A stretch of DNA of 63,830 nt, filler included, from Reclinomonas americana ATCC 50394 (GCA_048213135.1; 6 parts of 5 records of this genome joined end to end with filler, not necessarily neighbours in it); one strand, 5' to 3'; shown: positions 36,939 through 49,013, numbered from the whole stretch's first letter. Program-made: numbers and translations. Notes: generated by a model from the letters alone, not told the origin.

Positions 36939-39694
36939 TTAATAATTAATGACAAGCCGCGCCACATACACATTGCAACAGATGGTGGAGATGGCACCGA
37001 GGCAGTAGTATCGCAAACTGGTGCGATGCAGTACGTTGCCGATGCGCAGAATGATGGAGCACGAGCGGGGCACGAACAAAAAGTACTCCATCAGTGCCAC
37101 GTTGGCCAGCTCGAAGAAGAGCGACAAGCACGGGTAGACGAGCTTGCTGATATTCCTGTAGTCGGGGAAGAAGTCCTTGTTGTAGCCGAAGTGGAGGGTG
37201 AGGAAGGCGGAGAAGAACAGCGTGAAGGACGAGAGCAGCGAGAGCACGCGCACGGCAATGCCGAGCGCCACAAAGGCTCCCCATAGCTCGCGAGGCACGT
37301 CGGTGCGCAGCAGGAAGAGGCGCGTCTTCGGGCCGAGGAACGTCATGCGATTGATGAGATTGGTGGTGACCACGTAGTACCAGTCGGTGGCGCGGAGGGC
37401 GTACGTCAGCCACTCATGCAGCAAGTGCGCNNNNNNNNNNNNNNNNNNNNNNNNNNNNNNNNNNNNNNNNNNNNNNNNNNNNNNNNNNNNNNNNNNNNNN
37501 NNNNNNNNNNNNNNNNNNNNNNNNNNNNNNNNNNNNNNNNNNNNNNNNNNNNNNNNNNNNNNNNNNNNNNNNNNNNNNNNNNNNNNNNNNNNNNNNNNNN
37601 NNNNNNNNNNNNNNNNNNNNNNNNNNNNNNNNNNNNNNNNNNNNNNNNNNNNNNNNNNNNNNNNNNNNNNNAAACGTCAGCAGCACAAAGATCCAGATGG
37701 CCTGAATGTTCTCGAACAGCGTGCTTCAGGGAGGAGAAAGGGGTGTCAGCACAGAGGGCGGAGGGACACTCGGGAAAGGCGCGTGGGAACACACACCGGT
37801 AGAATGTGTAGTAGTTCAGCAGTGTGGTGACAATGCCCATAAAGTAGTACAACGAGCCGCCGACCTTGCCGGCGTCGATGCCTCGGCCCACCACCTCCAT
37901 CAGCGACTGGATCACCGTCATGATGGTGAGGAACACCAAAAAGTAACCGTAGTAGGCGTAGGTGCCGGCAGCGGCGGAATTGGCTTGCGACTGGAAGAAG
38001 GAAGCAAAGGACTCGCCGAACTGGTACACGGCCAGCGTGAACATCATGAAGAGCGAGCAGAGAATATACTGCGGCGGGTGGGAGGGAAGGAGGTAATTTC
38101 AGCGCGACAGTGGAGAAGGAGGACGGAAGAGTGAAGGTCAGGGTACCTGCCGCACAGGCGAGACACAGAGGCGGAGTGGTGCCTCGCTTCCGCTGACGAC
38201 GCCGCGCAGAACACGCGTGTTGGCCGACGAAGTGGACGTCAGATCGCTCTGCAGCGCCGACGTGGCCAGGGCGGAGGTCGGCAGCAGCGACTCACTCAGC
38301 GTTTCCGTCTTGGTCGTCGCCACTGAAATAATCGGGAACACTGCGCCAGATAGAGAGGTTTGTTAGAAAGGGCACTTCTGTACGCGTACCAACTGTGTCG
38401 ACGCACGTGGTTGGGCGGTGAGCGTAAAGTGCGTGCTTTGTGGTACCACGTACGCCGATGCGGCACTCTCTCCGTCCATGTCGCCTTGACCTGGTGTTTC
38501 GGAATTTCAGTCACACCATGAGAGGGGGAGGACGGGACGATGTGGACGCAACTCTCTTTGTCGGGGGTGTCATCGATGGGTAGCATGGCCGCCTCCTTGG
38601 CTCGCTGCAGTTCGTTCCACTCTCGCCGCAACGGGAACAGACACCAGTACGTGTACACCAGGAATACAATGAGGCCGGACAGGTATGGCGGAAAAACGCG
38701 GAACGGAACCGTGTCGGTGACGGGGAGACGGATTCTGCGACACACGCACGCGATGAGCATCTCCCTGCACAGCAACAACAACACCAACAACAACAGCGTC
38801 TGCAAAAGGTACGCACCTGATGAATACATAATCCAGCACCATGATTATTCCTTGCGAGATGAACAGCAGAATGATTTGCGAACGCAATCCAAAGCCCGGA
38901 ATGCCAAACGACATGCAGTGCAGCAGGATAAAGTACGCCAGAATGGACCACCACAGACCAGAGCCGTAGGCCCACACGTAGATGTTGATGCAACCGGGAC
39001 ACGGGCCGCCGGCGCCGAGTGGCGGCAAGAAAATCAGATACGTGAGGAAGGCACCGATAAAGATGGTCGATAGCGCCACGCGCAAGCTGCTCCAGTACAG
39101 ACGACGGAAGGCCAGTGTCTCCAACGCCACAGTAATCGTGTGCTCCGTGCCCAGTGCCTCCGCTCGCAGCTGATCATAGTTGGACACTCCTCGCCGACGC
39201 GGTGACATGAGCGCCAGCTCCTTGCCCTCCGCCGAGTGGCGTGTCTCTCGCATGTCCACACCATGGTTACCAGCAGCCGCTGCAGCCTCGTGTGCTGCAT
39301 GTGTGCCGGCCTCGCGACGAATGAGCTCCGCATCGCCCTTTGTTCACATGTCAGTTGCAGGCGCAGGCAAGTGAGCAGGGAATGGCCATGCGAGTGTTCT
39401 TTTACCTTGAGGAGACCCACAGCTGCGTGCAAGGAAGTGGTGCTGCTGGCGGGGTTGCTGCGCGGAGGCGCGATTCGAGTGGGCGCGGCGGCCAGCAATT
39501 CGTGTGACGTGGCCGCCGCCCATGGAACGTACATGTTGCTGAGGGAGCCTTGGTGCGACTGTCGTGCCTGCGTGAGTGTGTGTGAGAGGGAGAGAGGGTA
39601 GTGAGTGAGCGAGTGCGCGTGAGACTGCGGAGTTCTTCTCGCAGTGCGCACAGACCTCCTCGGCGGAGCGCACCGAGAGCTGTCGGTCGCTCAT
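36939..39694 (-). CDS. Uncharacterised polytopic membrane protein (many TM helices, gapped)
   Basis: Hydrophobic exons VALSTIFIGAFLTYLIFL, WWSILAYFILLHC, YYGYFLVFLTIMTVI, SLLSSFTLFFSAFLTLHFGYN; stop at 36939. Confidence 0.65.
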
Positions 39695-40045
39695 GGTGGA
39701 GTGTTGAGGCGCGCACTGGAGGAGGGCAGTGCAGTGGGAAGGGAAGAGAGGTGTGTGCGGGGGAGACGGCGACAAAGTGCCGAGAGAGTGTTCGGACTTG
39801 CGATAATATGGGCGGGACAGCAGTCAGTCATGGACGGGAGACCGCCGCCTGCCGCGCAGGGGACGGTCGAGGTGATATCTTTAGCTGATGGCACACGTGT
39901 TTTGAGGAGTGGGAGTGGTCTTTTGCAGGTGAAGGCTGCTTTTCTTCGCTGCGAAGTTGTGGTGCGATACAAAGTTGCGCAGATTTGTCATCCGTATCTT
40001 TGTTCCCCGGATTCATCTTCTCGCTGCGAGAACTTCTCATTCATC

Positions 40046-40274
40046 ATGGTGCTCATCGAGATCGACGGCAGCAACATCGACACTGTCGTTGCGTTACTGC
40101 ACAACACTCTGTGTGCGGTTTAGCTCTCTGTGTTGACATGCTGTGCAGATCACGCAAGAGGCCCCCAACCCCAACTACATCTCGCCAGGCCTGATGGCCC
40201 TGGAGAACTCGTACGGGTGCCCGGCGATGCCTGGCGCCGAGTTTGCCAACTGGTACAACGCGAACTACATGTGA
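40046..40274 (+). CDS. Putative microprotein (55 aa from ATG 40046; possibly extended by upstream exons from 39830)
   Basis: Exons 40046-40087 and 40149-40274 joined by a 61-nt GT-AG intron: MVLIEIDGSNIDTVITQEAPNPNYISPGLMALENSYGCPAMPGAEFANWYNANYM*; strong C/G-ending codon bias. Confidence 0.55.
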
Positions 40275-40342
40275 GAGGCAGCAGAGATCGAGAAAACCAA
40301 GTGTGGTTTCGTTCGCGTAGAGTAGTGTACACTTGCCCGGCA

Positions 40343-41177
40343 TCATTCGACTGGCCTCCACTCGCCCTCCTTGACGTAGAACTCACAGCCGACCTCCTCG
40401 TCCGCCGCCTCCAGACCCCACGTCTCGCCCACTGGCAGCCGAATCCACGTGTGCGCGCCCATCACACGTGCACCACCGCCGCCACCACACTCTCGCAGAG
40501 CACCGCGCAGCACAAAGATCTCCGTCAGCGCCGTGCAGCGCCGGTCGGCCACCGCCGGCGAGTGCCCAGGCGCCCACTGCTCCAGCCGCATCGTATCCGG
40601 AAACGACTCGTGTATGTACAGCACCTTCACCGCCACTCCCGCCGTCTGCGTCGCCTCCCACGGCATACCGCTCGTCTCCACACGCACATGCTCGCGCCCA
40701 CCATGGCCTCCAAACTGGCGCAGCTTGACAAACAACACGGCGCCGTCGTGCGAGCCCGGCGCATGACGATAGCCCTGCGGATTCAGCATGTACGTGCCCG
40801 TGGGGTGCTCGCCGTTGGCATCTGGGCGCAAGGTGAGAAGCACGACGAACAGCAGCAGCAGGCCACACACACACCTTGCCAGCAGCCGCTGAGCACAAGG
40901 ATCTCCTCGCCGTCGGGATGATCATGCTCCGGGAACACACTGCGCTCTGCGTAGCGCACCACACTGGTCACGCGGCCGGACTCCACCGGTCCCTCCAGCG
41001 CCACTCGCCGCCGAAACACCTGTGCGCGACAATCATGATCAGTCAGTGACACAAGTTGTCGCCCACCAATCAAACAACAAAGAGCGCAACTGTGGCAGAT
41101 GGGCTCGCCGTCCACTCCATGGCCTCCGTGTCGACCACCACTCGCACAGAGTAGTCCACGTTGATCTCGTGCGACAT
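40343..41177 (-). CDS. ChrR-like (Cupin_7) double cupin protein, 2 introns
   Basis: MSHEINVDYSVRVVVDTEAMEWTASPS..VFRRRV, VTSVVRY, FPEHDHPDGEEILVLSG, GTYMLNPQGYRHAPGS, LFVKLRQF, EIFVLRG, WIRLP. Confidence 0.85.
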
Positions 41178-41257
41178 CTGAGATGGCGGAGGAGACGGAC
41201 GTAGAGTGTGTCACCGTGGGACATCATCATCGTTTTCGTCTTGGTGTTTCCAGAGAA

Positions 41258-42990
41258 ATGGCGTTTAGCGGTGGCGGCGCACCGCCACTGCCACCGCCCG
41301 CCTCCTCGTCGTATGAGCAGGACGACCCACTGTCGCTGTGCAGCGGGTGGGACGACGGGAGTGCGCAGCTGGCCATGTCGTACGTCGACGAACAACTGTG
41401 GCACACACCACTCATGTGGTCTCACGAGTTGCGCGCGCACCACCCACACACACACACACACACTTTCTCTTCCTTCTGTGCGTGTATGTGTGTATGGCGG
41501 CGACACGCGTGTCTGATTCTCTCGCAGTGTACCTCTCTTTGATGACTTGATGCTCGGTGCGCCCGCCGACGATGTCGACGACATTGACGAGGCGTTGACG
41601 CTGATGGACACGGACGAGGCGCTGATGATGATGATGGAGGACGACGAGGAGGACGACGGGGATGATGACGCGCGCACTGTCAAGTCGACGAGCACGCGAT
41701 CCACCACCAGTGGCAAATCGTCGCTGGCACCCACAGTGGTGGTGCGCTATCGCCACCCGCAGTATCATGTTCACTCTCTTCAGCAGCAACCTGCCTTGCC
41801 TCCTGTGCTGCCTCCATCGGCGCTCTATTCAGCAGTGGCGACCACGACAACGACGACGACGACGACGATGCGGCCGTTGCACGCGTCTAAAGTCTCGATT
41901 CAGATGCCTGCGGTGCCGCTGCCGCCCCCACCTCCTCCTCCACCTCCTTCTTCCAACATGACAGTGCCGCCATCACCGCCGGCGAGCAGTTGTGGGAGTA
42001 GCACGAGCAGTCGCGTGTCGGGTGGCTCGCGGAGCAGGAAACGTGCGGCGGAGTCTTCGTTGCGCTCGGTGTCGCGGCGCCAGCATCATCAGCAGCTGCG
42101 GTTTGCCAGCATGATGGACGAAGCAGGTAGTCGACATCGTGCGGTGACAGGGGCGACGGCGGCCACAGCGGCAGCAGCTGCGGCGCCGCTGTCGACTCGG
42201 CATTTGGCGTCGCACAAGGCGCTGGTGGGAGTGCATGCTGCTGAGGATTTTGTGCGCGACTCGTTGCGTAGCATGGTGCTGTTGAGCGAGGATCCGTCGC
42301 TGCCACCGCTGCCGCCGCTGCCTCCGGACGACGAGCTGATGGATCCGGCCGCGTGCGTGGAGGAGGAGGAGGATGTGGACGACGATTTGGAGTCGGTGTT
42401 GTTGGATGAAGACGACGATGACGAGGATGATGAAGATGTTGGTGAGGAGGACGACGACGCGCTGCGGGATGAGGATGTCGACGATGTGGTGTTTGGCGAC
42501 GCTGCAGTCGAGGAGGAGGAGGTGGATGGAGATGGAGAGCAACGGCGGGGGATTGTTCTGCTGACGGCGCTGCAGTACATTTTCAGCCAGCGGCGAGAGC
42601 AGGAGGGTGCAGTGCCGCGCGACCCGCGGTTACAGATGCAAGAGTGCACAGCAGGTGCGTGGCAACACCTGTGCTTCTTTTCTTTTCATATCAATCCTCA
42701 CAGTATCTTTCCTCCCTGTGCGCACAGCCCCCCGCTGCACCTCCACCACCAGCTCCACGTCGACATCGACAGCAGTGGCGTTGCTCGAGTCAGTGCCCGC
42801 CGTCAAGCGCTGCACGGCGCCCAAACCGCGCAACCAGAAGCGTGGACGCGCGCAAATGTGGACCAAGCGCAAGAAGGGCAAAAGGAAGAAAACGTGGCTG
42901 TTTGCCCGTGAGCAGACGATTCAAGTCAACGATGGGGATGGAGGAGGAGGAGGAGCGGGAGAAGAAGAAGAGGAATGCGTTTCTGTATAG
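41258..42990 (+). CDS. Low-complexity acidic/Pro-rich protein with basic C-terminal cluster (possibly nuclear)
   Basis: 454-codon open exon with D/E, P and T runs; spliced tail containing KRKKGKRKK. Confidence 0.5.
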
Positions 42991-43034
42991 CACTCTTTTG
43001 TAAATCCATCGTCCATTTTGTTTGTTTCCCTACA

Positions 43035-46000
43035 ATGTCGCAAGCGTCAGCATCGGGTGGTCAGTCTGGTGGGCAGCAGAGTGCAGCGCGTCGTGGTGGC
43101 GAGTTGTACGACGAGAAGGGCAAGGAGCGTGACGTGCGCCAGTCGAACATCACCGCCGCCAAGGGTCAGTTTCCCACTCACACGCTTGCTCTCGCCCACA
43201 CACATACACCTCACTCCCCCGCTCACCTCTGTCTCTCTCTGTGTGTGTGACTGTGCGTGTGCGCAGCTGTGGCCGATGGAGTAAGGTGATTTTGCTGTAC
43301 AACTCCCACTTGTCCCTGCGCGTGTGTGTGCAAACGCCTCACACTCAAACACCCTCTCTCTCCACAACCAGAACATCGCTGGGTCCGCGTGGCATGGACA
43401 AGATGGTGAGTGCTGGGGCAGAATGCAAAGAGGCAGAAGAAAGAGAGAGAAGGGGGGAAAGAGAGAGTGTGTTGGGCGAGCTTGAGGATGCTCATGTCAG
43501 CGCGCGCGCGCGCGCGCTCTCACTTTCTGTTTTATCTCACCCCTTATCGTCGCGTCCGTGCAGGTGGTGGATGACCACGGCGAAGTGCTGGTCACCAACG
43601 ACGGTGCCACCATCATGGAGAAGCTGCAAGTGACGCACCCGACGGCGCGCATGGTGCGACATTTGTGCACGTGCACGCACACAGAGAGACACGCACCCGC
43701 AGAGGCATAGAGCAAGAGAGCGGGTTCCATGTGACTGCACACACGCACGCATTGTTGAGTGTGTGTGTGTATATGCTCATGTTGTTTTTTTGGATGGCAG
43801 CTTGTCGAGTTGTCCAAGGCGCAAGACGTGGAGGCTGGCGACGGAACCACATCGGTGGTGGTTCTGGCCGGCTCGCTGTTGGAGGCGTGTGGTAAGCTGC
43901 TGGAGCAGGGCATCCACCCGACCATTATCTCGGATGCGTTTGGACGTGCGGCGGCCAAGTGCGAGGAGATTTTGGAGGGCATGGGTATTCCCATTGACCT
44001 CAGCGATCGGCAGACGCTGGTCGAGGCTNNNNNNNNNNNNNNNNNNNNNNNNNNNNNNNNNNNNNNNNNNNNNNNNNNNNNNNNNNNNNNNNNNNNNNNN
44101 NNNNNNNNNNNNNNNNNNNNNNNNNNNNNNNNNNNNNNNNNNNNNNNNNNNNNNNNNNNNNNNNNNNNNNNNNNNNNNNNNNNNNNNNNNNNNNNNNNNN
44201 NNNNNNNNNNNNNNNNNNNNNNNNNNNNNNNNNNNNNNNNNNNNNNNNNNNNNNNNNNNNNNNNNNNNNNNNNNNNNNNNNNNNNNNNNNNNNNNNNNNN
44301 NNNNNNNNNNNNNNNNNNNNNNNNNNNNNNNNNNNNNNNNNNNNNNNNNNNNNNNNNNNNNNNNNNNNNNNNNNNNNNNNNNNNNNNNNNNNNNNNNNNN
44401 NNNNNNNNNNNNNNNNNNNNNNNNNNNNNNNNNNNNNNNNNNNNNNNNNNNNNNNNNNNNNNNNNNNNNNNNNNNNNNNNNNNNNNNNNNNNNNNNNNNN
44501 NNNNNNNNNNNNNNNNNNNNNNNNNNNNNNNNNNNNNNNNNNNNNNNNNNNNNNNNNNNNNNNNNNNNNNNNNNNNNNNNNNNNNNNNNNNNNNNNNNNN
44601 NNNNNNNNNNNNNNNNNNNNNNNNNNNNNNNNNNNNNNNNNNNNNNNNNNNNNNNNNNNNNNNNNNNNNNNNNNNNNNNNNNNNNNNNNNNNNNNNNNNN
44701 NNNNNNNNNNNNNNNNNNNGCGGCCACCTCGCTCTCCTCCAAGATGGTGTACCAGCAGGCGGATCTGTTGGCCGAGATCGCCGTCGATGCCGTGCTCAGA
44801 GTCGCCGACACGGAAGGCCATCAGGTCGACCTGACTCGTGTGCGCGGTGCGTTGTGGTTGGATTCAGAGTCCCNNNNNNNNNNNNNNNNNNNNNNNNNNN
44901 NNNNNNNNNNNNNNNNNTTAATTAATTAANNNNNNNNNNNNNNNNNNNNNNNNNNNNNNNNNNNNNNNNNNNNTCCCTCCCATGCCCGTCACGTGGCGTG
45001 TGCTCACCTCCCCCTCTTTTTCCGTGTGCAGTGCTGCAAAAGCTGGGCGGCACGGTCGACGACACGGAGCTGGTGAATGGCATTGTGTTCAAGCAAAAGG
45101 CCAGCCACTCGGCCGGTGGACCCAACCGCATTGAGAACGCCAAGATCGGTCTGATTCAGTTCTGCCTCTCGGCACCCAAGACCGACGTTGCGTGCTGTTT
45201 TGGCTGCAGAGAAGAGACGAAGAGAGTTCTCCAGTGGCTTACGTGGATGGTGCTTCGCACAGATGGACAACTCGGTGATTGTCAGCGACTACCACCAGAT
45301 GGACCAGATCATGGCCGACGAGCGCAAGTACCTGCTGCGCCTGGTGCGCCACATCAAGCAGACGGGTGTGTTTGGCGGAGCTCTCATAATGCTGTCGGCA
45401 TGGGGGACTATTCTTTTTTCTCATTCACGCACAAACACACACGCAGGCTGCAATGTGCTGCTTATCCAGAAGAGCATTCTGCGCGATGCCGTGTCACCGC
45501 AGTCGTTGGCCTACCTGGCCAAGGCCGGCATCATGGTGATTCGTGATGTGGATCGTACCGAGATTGAGTTTATTGCCGAGACTCTCGGCTGCATGCCGGC
45601 CGCCAACCTGGCGGGCTTCACTGCCGAGAAGCTCGGTCGCGCCAACCTGGTCGAGGAGGTGCCGACGGGCGAGGGCAAGATTGTGAAGATCACCGGCACA
45701 CCCGACGCCAGGACCACCTCCATTCTGGTGCGTGGCTCCAACAAGCTGATTCTGGAGGAGGCCGAGCGCTCACTGCACGACGCCCTCTGCGTCGTGCGCA
45801 GTCTGGTCAAGCGGAGGTACGTTGCTGTGTGGAACAGGGGGGGAGAAGGGGTGGGGACAATCTCTTCTTCTCTTTGTGGCTGTTGACGATGAGATTCTTG
45901 CTGACACCTCTTCTGAATAACCGTGAGTGATAATGCAAGTGCTGAAACGCGCCCAAGAGAGAGAGAAAGAGAAAGAGCGATTGACCCCACCCTTTTTTTC

Positions 46001-46479
46001 TTTGTCTCTTGTCGTGTGCGATAGTCGTGCTGATCTTCTTCGCGATTGCGCAGGTTCCTGATCACTGGCGGTGGTGCGCCCGAGATGGAGCTGTCGGTGC
46101 AGCTGCAAAAGTGGGCCAAGACCCTCCCTGGCATGGACTCGTACTGTGTGCGCGCCTACGCCGAGGTTTGTGTGTGCGAGATATTTCGTGCAGTGGTTGG
46201 CTGCCTACTCACCTCTGCTGCGCCCAGGCCTTCGAGGTCATCCCGGTGACACTGGCTGAGAACGCCGGCTTGCACCCGATTTCGATCCTCACCGAGCTTC
46301 GCGCAAGGCACGTGGAGGGCGACAAGGCCGCCGGCATCAACGTGAAGCGCGGCCGTGTGACGAGCATGGTCGACGAGCACGTGCTGCAGCCTCTGTTGAC
46401 GAACATCTCGGCCGTCAACCTGGCCACCGAAACCGTGCGCATGATCCTCAAGATCGACGACATTATTGTGGTGCCCTAA
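43035..46479 (+). CDS. CCT4: Chaperonin CCT/TRiC subunit delta
   Basis: [88 protein letters not shown]; includes a 19-nt microexon 43267-43285. Confidence 0.97.
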
Positions 46480-46644
46480 AAGAGGAGCGTCGGTGAGAGG
46501 GAGAGCGACGTCGTCGATGGGAGACGGGGGTGGAGAGAGCGAGAGAGCTGAGAGTAAAGACAACGAAAAAATCTTTCACACGAAGTTTGATAGCAGTTAG
46601 CCAGCTCTACCGCCTTCATTCTTCGTCTCTCGGTCTCTAACTCC

Positions 46645-49013
46645 TCACGCATTGTCTCTCAGAAGCACAACAGCACACAGCACCAGGAGCACGACTGCGA
46701 TCAGTGGAACGATGGCGAAGCAACCTGCTCCCGTCAAGGAGCCACGCTGCAGGACTAATTCAACGGGTGATACGGCAGGTGTTACCCCGCACGCAAGCTG
46801 AGAAAGCACGTTCAACAGCCGAGTACGAAGCGGTGGACCACGACAGCTCGATTGCGTGGAACATTGCAGGAGAGGAGGATGCACATCGACATTTCCTGAC
46901 GGCTTCACCGCCCACAGCAGCATCCACAGCTGCACGATATTGTCTTCCACACCTGGCGGATACTTCCAGTGCCGAACGAGTAACACGGGCCGTCGAGAAA
47001 CGACAAAAAGTGCCACGTCGTGGTCGGCTTGCAAGGCGTCTAGGTCACTCTGATCAAGCACGCTTCGTAGGTCTGACAGCACTTCCTCCAGCTCGGGCGC
47101 GCTGCGGCAGCTGGTGAGTGTACTGTCGCCAACGTCAACTTGGAATCGACAAGGCTTCGTCATCGGTGCCATCAGCAGATCCCGAGACTGGTAGTCAGCG
47201 AGTAGTGTTATCCGTGTTGTCTGCTGCACAAGGAGCATTCGACGAACTCGCGCATCCGAATGCAGACTGAAAACCGACAGAAACTGGCGCCACAGCCCAG
47301 CGTGCGATATCGGATCCGGATCGCCGCCGCGCGACAGGTCAGGTAAGTTACCGAGGGATAACTTCCCTTCACTGCACATGTTGTATATGTAACATGAGAG
47401 CAAACCCCACAGAATGTTGCAAGAGAGCAGCAAGCTCCACTTACTGGAATCGGGCAATGAGACGGTCGGCGCTGAGGTGATTTCGCACGGATGAAAAGCT
47501 GAACATGTAATCCTGCAGAGCCGACGATTCAACCAACAACTCGTGCGTACTGCACTACAGATCATGGACTCAGACCTTGTCCAGCACCCGGTGCCAGTCG
47601 AAAGCGTCGCTCGACAACAAAGGGGGGAGATGAGCCCCCAGTGCCTCCACGAGCACTTGCACGACCCTCAGCCGAAGACCGGCCAAGGTGGACGCCAATG
47701 ACGCCTGTTGAAGTCCAACAACGATCCACCCGTCGTGCATGGCATGTGCGGGGTTCAAATAGCCGTTGACCACAGCAGCGTACGGCGACTCGGCCTCCGG
47801 CACCCATACGGCACCCTCGTACCGCGACGCAAACACGATGCCCTCGTTGCCCGGCAGGAAGAGATTGTCGTCTTGCCAGTGGTCACACACAAACATCGCT
47901 GCCTCGTGCAGTGCCTCGGTGAGAGAGAGCACCGGTGCCATGCGCTGCGCCGCCCACTGTGCTCGGCAACAGCACCCGCAGAGTAAGTCGAGAGTTCATG
48001 AAAGCAGGAGGAGGTGAGCGCTAGCAGTCCGGCACACTTGCCTTGTAGAGCAACGCTTCCAGATGCACGCTCTTGAACGGAGTCTTGAGAAGGCCGCCCA
48101 GTATCTCGAAGCTCATGCACTTGTTCCAGTGCTTCAGCAGCCGGATCACCTCGCGCACCAGTGGCTGCTGCGCTCGCGTCGCTTCCAGCTTGTCCGTGTG
48201 CTCGGGAGGATGCGTGGGCACCCACCGAATGTAGTGCTCGTTCATAACAGCTGGAAGCCGTGTACGGCAGTCACTCGGGTGCACAAACACAGGCACGAAG
48301 TCCGCGTCGACTTGTACAACTGGTGACTTGGGCGAGGCTGCAGACTGAATGAGCGCCAACAGAAGCCTGCGCTGTGGGACACACGGTGCACACCGTACCT
48401 TGCATGCCCAGCCGAAGTTCCACAGAAGCCCGACGGCAAACTGGGTCGGAACATCGCCAAACTTGAACACGATCCGGATCCTGACATCAACATGAGACTG
48501 CAGAGCACGAGACTGCAGAGCAATCCACACACAGACACACACGCGCGCAAGCACACACAGCACGCACACGCGCTCGCTCGCCACCACGAACGCGATTTCG
48601 CGATCGGAAAAACGCACCTGCAGCAACGCGCATGCGTTGACAACGGGGAATGCTCGACCAAGAAAGGCGTTGAACTCGGCAGCGAAGCGTGCGACACCAG
48701 CGGCGTCGCGCTGAAGCACACTCCACACCTCCGACGAGCCGTGCATCGTGACAGTGAAATCCAAGTCACACAACGGATTCCCAGCGGGCGAGCGCACCGC
48801 TGTTCCTCTGGTCGCAGAGCCAGTGGCGGCGATATCCAGGATCTGGAATGGAGGTGGCAACGAAACTCCACGTGCACTGCGCTCTGCATTCTCGAGCTCC
48901 AGCAGCAGCTGCTGTGTGACGACGCGTGCAAAGTGAACGAGGCACAGCCGCTGGCGTTTTGATGGTGTGATGCGTTTCAGATGGGCGCGCAGAACGGCTT
49001 CAGCGCTCTCCAT
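46645..49013 (-). CDS. CD-NTase/SMODS(OAS-like) nucleotidyltransferase with long C-terminal extension and tail anchor (~657 aa, 6 exons)
   Basis: TGSATRGTAV...DLDF, VDADFVP, WVPTHPPEH, VIRLLKHWN, FKSVHLEALL; exons 48618-49013, 48399-48497, 48042-48344, 47576-47956, 47445-47512, 46645-47371; ends CFAIVPLIAVVLLVLCAVVLLRDNA*. Confidence 0.8.

Noticed and set aside
42976..42990. C-terminal CVSV as a CaaX prenylation motif
   Set aside because: Poor fit (Ser at a2, acidic upstream context) and depends on an unverified last exon
9237..49013. NLR-like gene and CD-NTase-like gene as one defence island
   Set aside because: About 32 kb apart, separated by housekeeping genes, gaps and spacers; no adjacent effector gene recognised
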